DNA from: Lingula anatina
Taxonomy: Eukaryota > Animalia > Brachiopoda
NCBI GenBank assembly: GCA_051362555.1
Contig: CM120648.1
Location: 39,721 to 103,720, forward strand
Reading direction: 5' to 3'
Length of the DNA stretch: 64,000 bases
The notes beneath the pieces are model-generated. The model saw nothing but the letters and a program-made list of their open reading frames with translations. It was not told the origin of the DNA and did no database searches. The translations under genes and the position numbers were made by a program. Below, one piece after another: positions 62,960-64,000 of the stretch. How positions within the stretch are numbered: position 1 is the first letter of the stretch; each line of letters starts with the position of its first letter.

Positions 62960-64000
62960 GTTGCTGGACTCTCTCTGTCACAGTAATAATCCAATGCTAT
63001 CAATCTTTTCAATGCAAACACCACCTAGGAATAACTCCACAGCTCATCAATAGGCAACAGAGATAAGAAAGGTGCGTCGTGAGACAGGATGGCAGAAAAC
63101 AGAACTCGTACAAGAATGCTGACCGGCAAGCACTTCCTCAGGCCAACCTTAAAACTACCAGAACCAAGCTTAGACTTTATAACTAGGGACGCTACAAATG
63201 TTTTTGCCCAGCTCTCTTGAATTGCGGAGAACAATGTATGTAAACCTGTCACCTTTGTGTGCCCACCCTGCGCCATTGTGTGGCAATACTATAAGTACTT
63301 CTATCAACAAGTGTACTACGACGGAGGCCATTCATCCAAACTAACTGCTGTTTATTTTATTGCTCTCACAATGTTACTTATTCTGTGGTGCAAGCTTAGG
63401 CAATATGTTTAGCCATATGTAGCTAGCCAAGCTGATATAAGTAATAGAAATGGTGGAAATTATGAGAAAAATAAGACCATCTCAAGATTTCTCATTTCTC
63501 CTTCCCAGATCTTCACAAAGTAAAATGGACAACTGTTTGATGATACAGGGAACACTTACAATTAACAAGTAACTGGAGAAATGCCGCCAAACTTACAGAA
63601 ATGCTTTAGAAACCATATCTGTGCAATTTATAAAGTGATGAAATCTAAAACCACAAGACCTGAGGACTTTCCCTCTTGTACTGATTGACACTGTTCAGGA
63701 CAAAACTGACCAATAAAGCGACCTGTTGGTGGCCAAACTCACTGGTCTCAGTCATCTTGACCACTGGTGCTTTGGCAATAAGTTCTTTAATTCTAATATT
63801 ATATTCAATTGTGCAAAACATCATAAACAATCATCGTACCCAAATTTGGACAAGATGTTGGTAAAATTAGAGAGAAACTATCTTCCTCACAAGAAATCCC
63901 ATATCTGTATAAACAAAAGAAAGTAAATCTGCCAAAAGAGGAGAAAGAACTCCATCTCCAAAAGTTCCATAACTCTGCAATACCGACAACCTGCCCATTC

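Noticed and set aside
63025-63276. 83-aa minus-strand ORF upstream of the MTDW exons
   Set aside because: No recognisable similarity or coiled-coil character; more likely promoter or UTR sequence.

Overview
Left end of an animal chromosome. The TTAGGG telomere, AT-rich introns, DZIP3-type HEPN gene and AGGTCA-rich repeats suggest a lophotrochozoan such as a mollusc (inference). About 8.08 kb of (CCCTAA)n is followed almost directly by four genes. These are a stand-alone DZIP3-like HEPN gene (+), the splicing factor BCAS2/SPF27 (-, 7 exons, 216 aa), a TMC1/2/3-like channel (+, 19 coding exons, about 716 aa) head-to-head with BCAS2, and rootletin/CROCC (-, about 30 exons, about 2050 aa). Introns hold a solo LTR, an Academ-like element with ~800-bp TIRs, other non-autonomous DNA transposons and minisatellites. 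Four observations stand out. (1) Rootletin has three homologous VLQYKKK exons (candidate mutually exclusive set) and two homologous MTDWxY alternative first exons; the ORF track shows none of these reading frames. (2) Tandem duplications repeatedly centre on splice sites in all three multi-exon genes, including a 39-bp minisatellite that amplifies a 5' splice site about 40 times. (3) A 71-bp piece of the last rootletin exon is inserted into one of its own introns between 11-bp direct repeats. (4) A speculative telomerase-RNA-like motif lies near the telomere junction. All exon coordinates were read by hand and may be off by a few bases.
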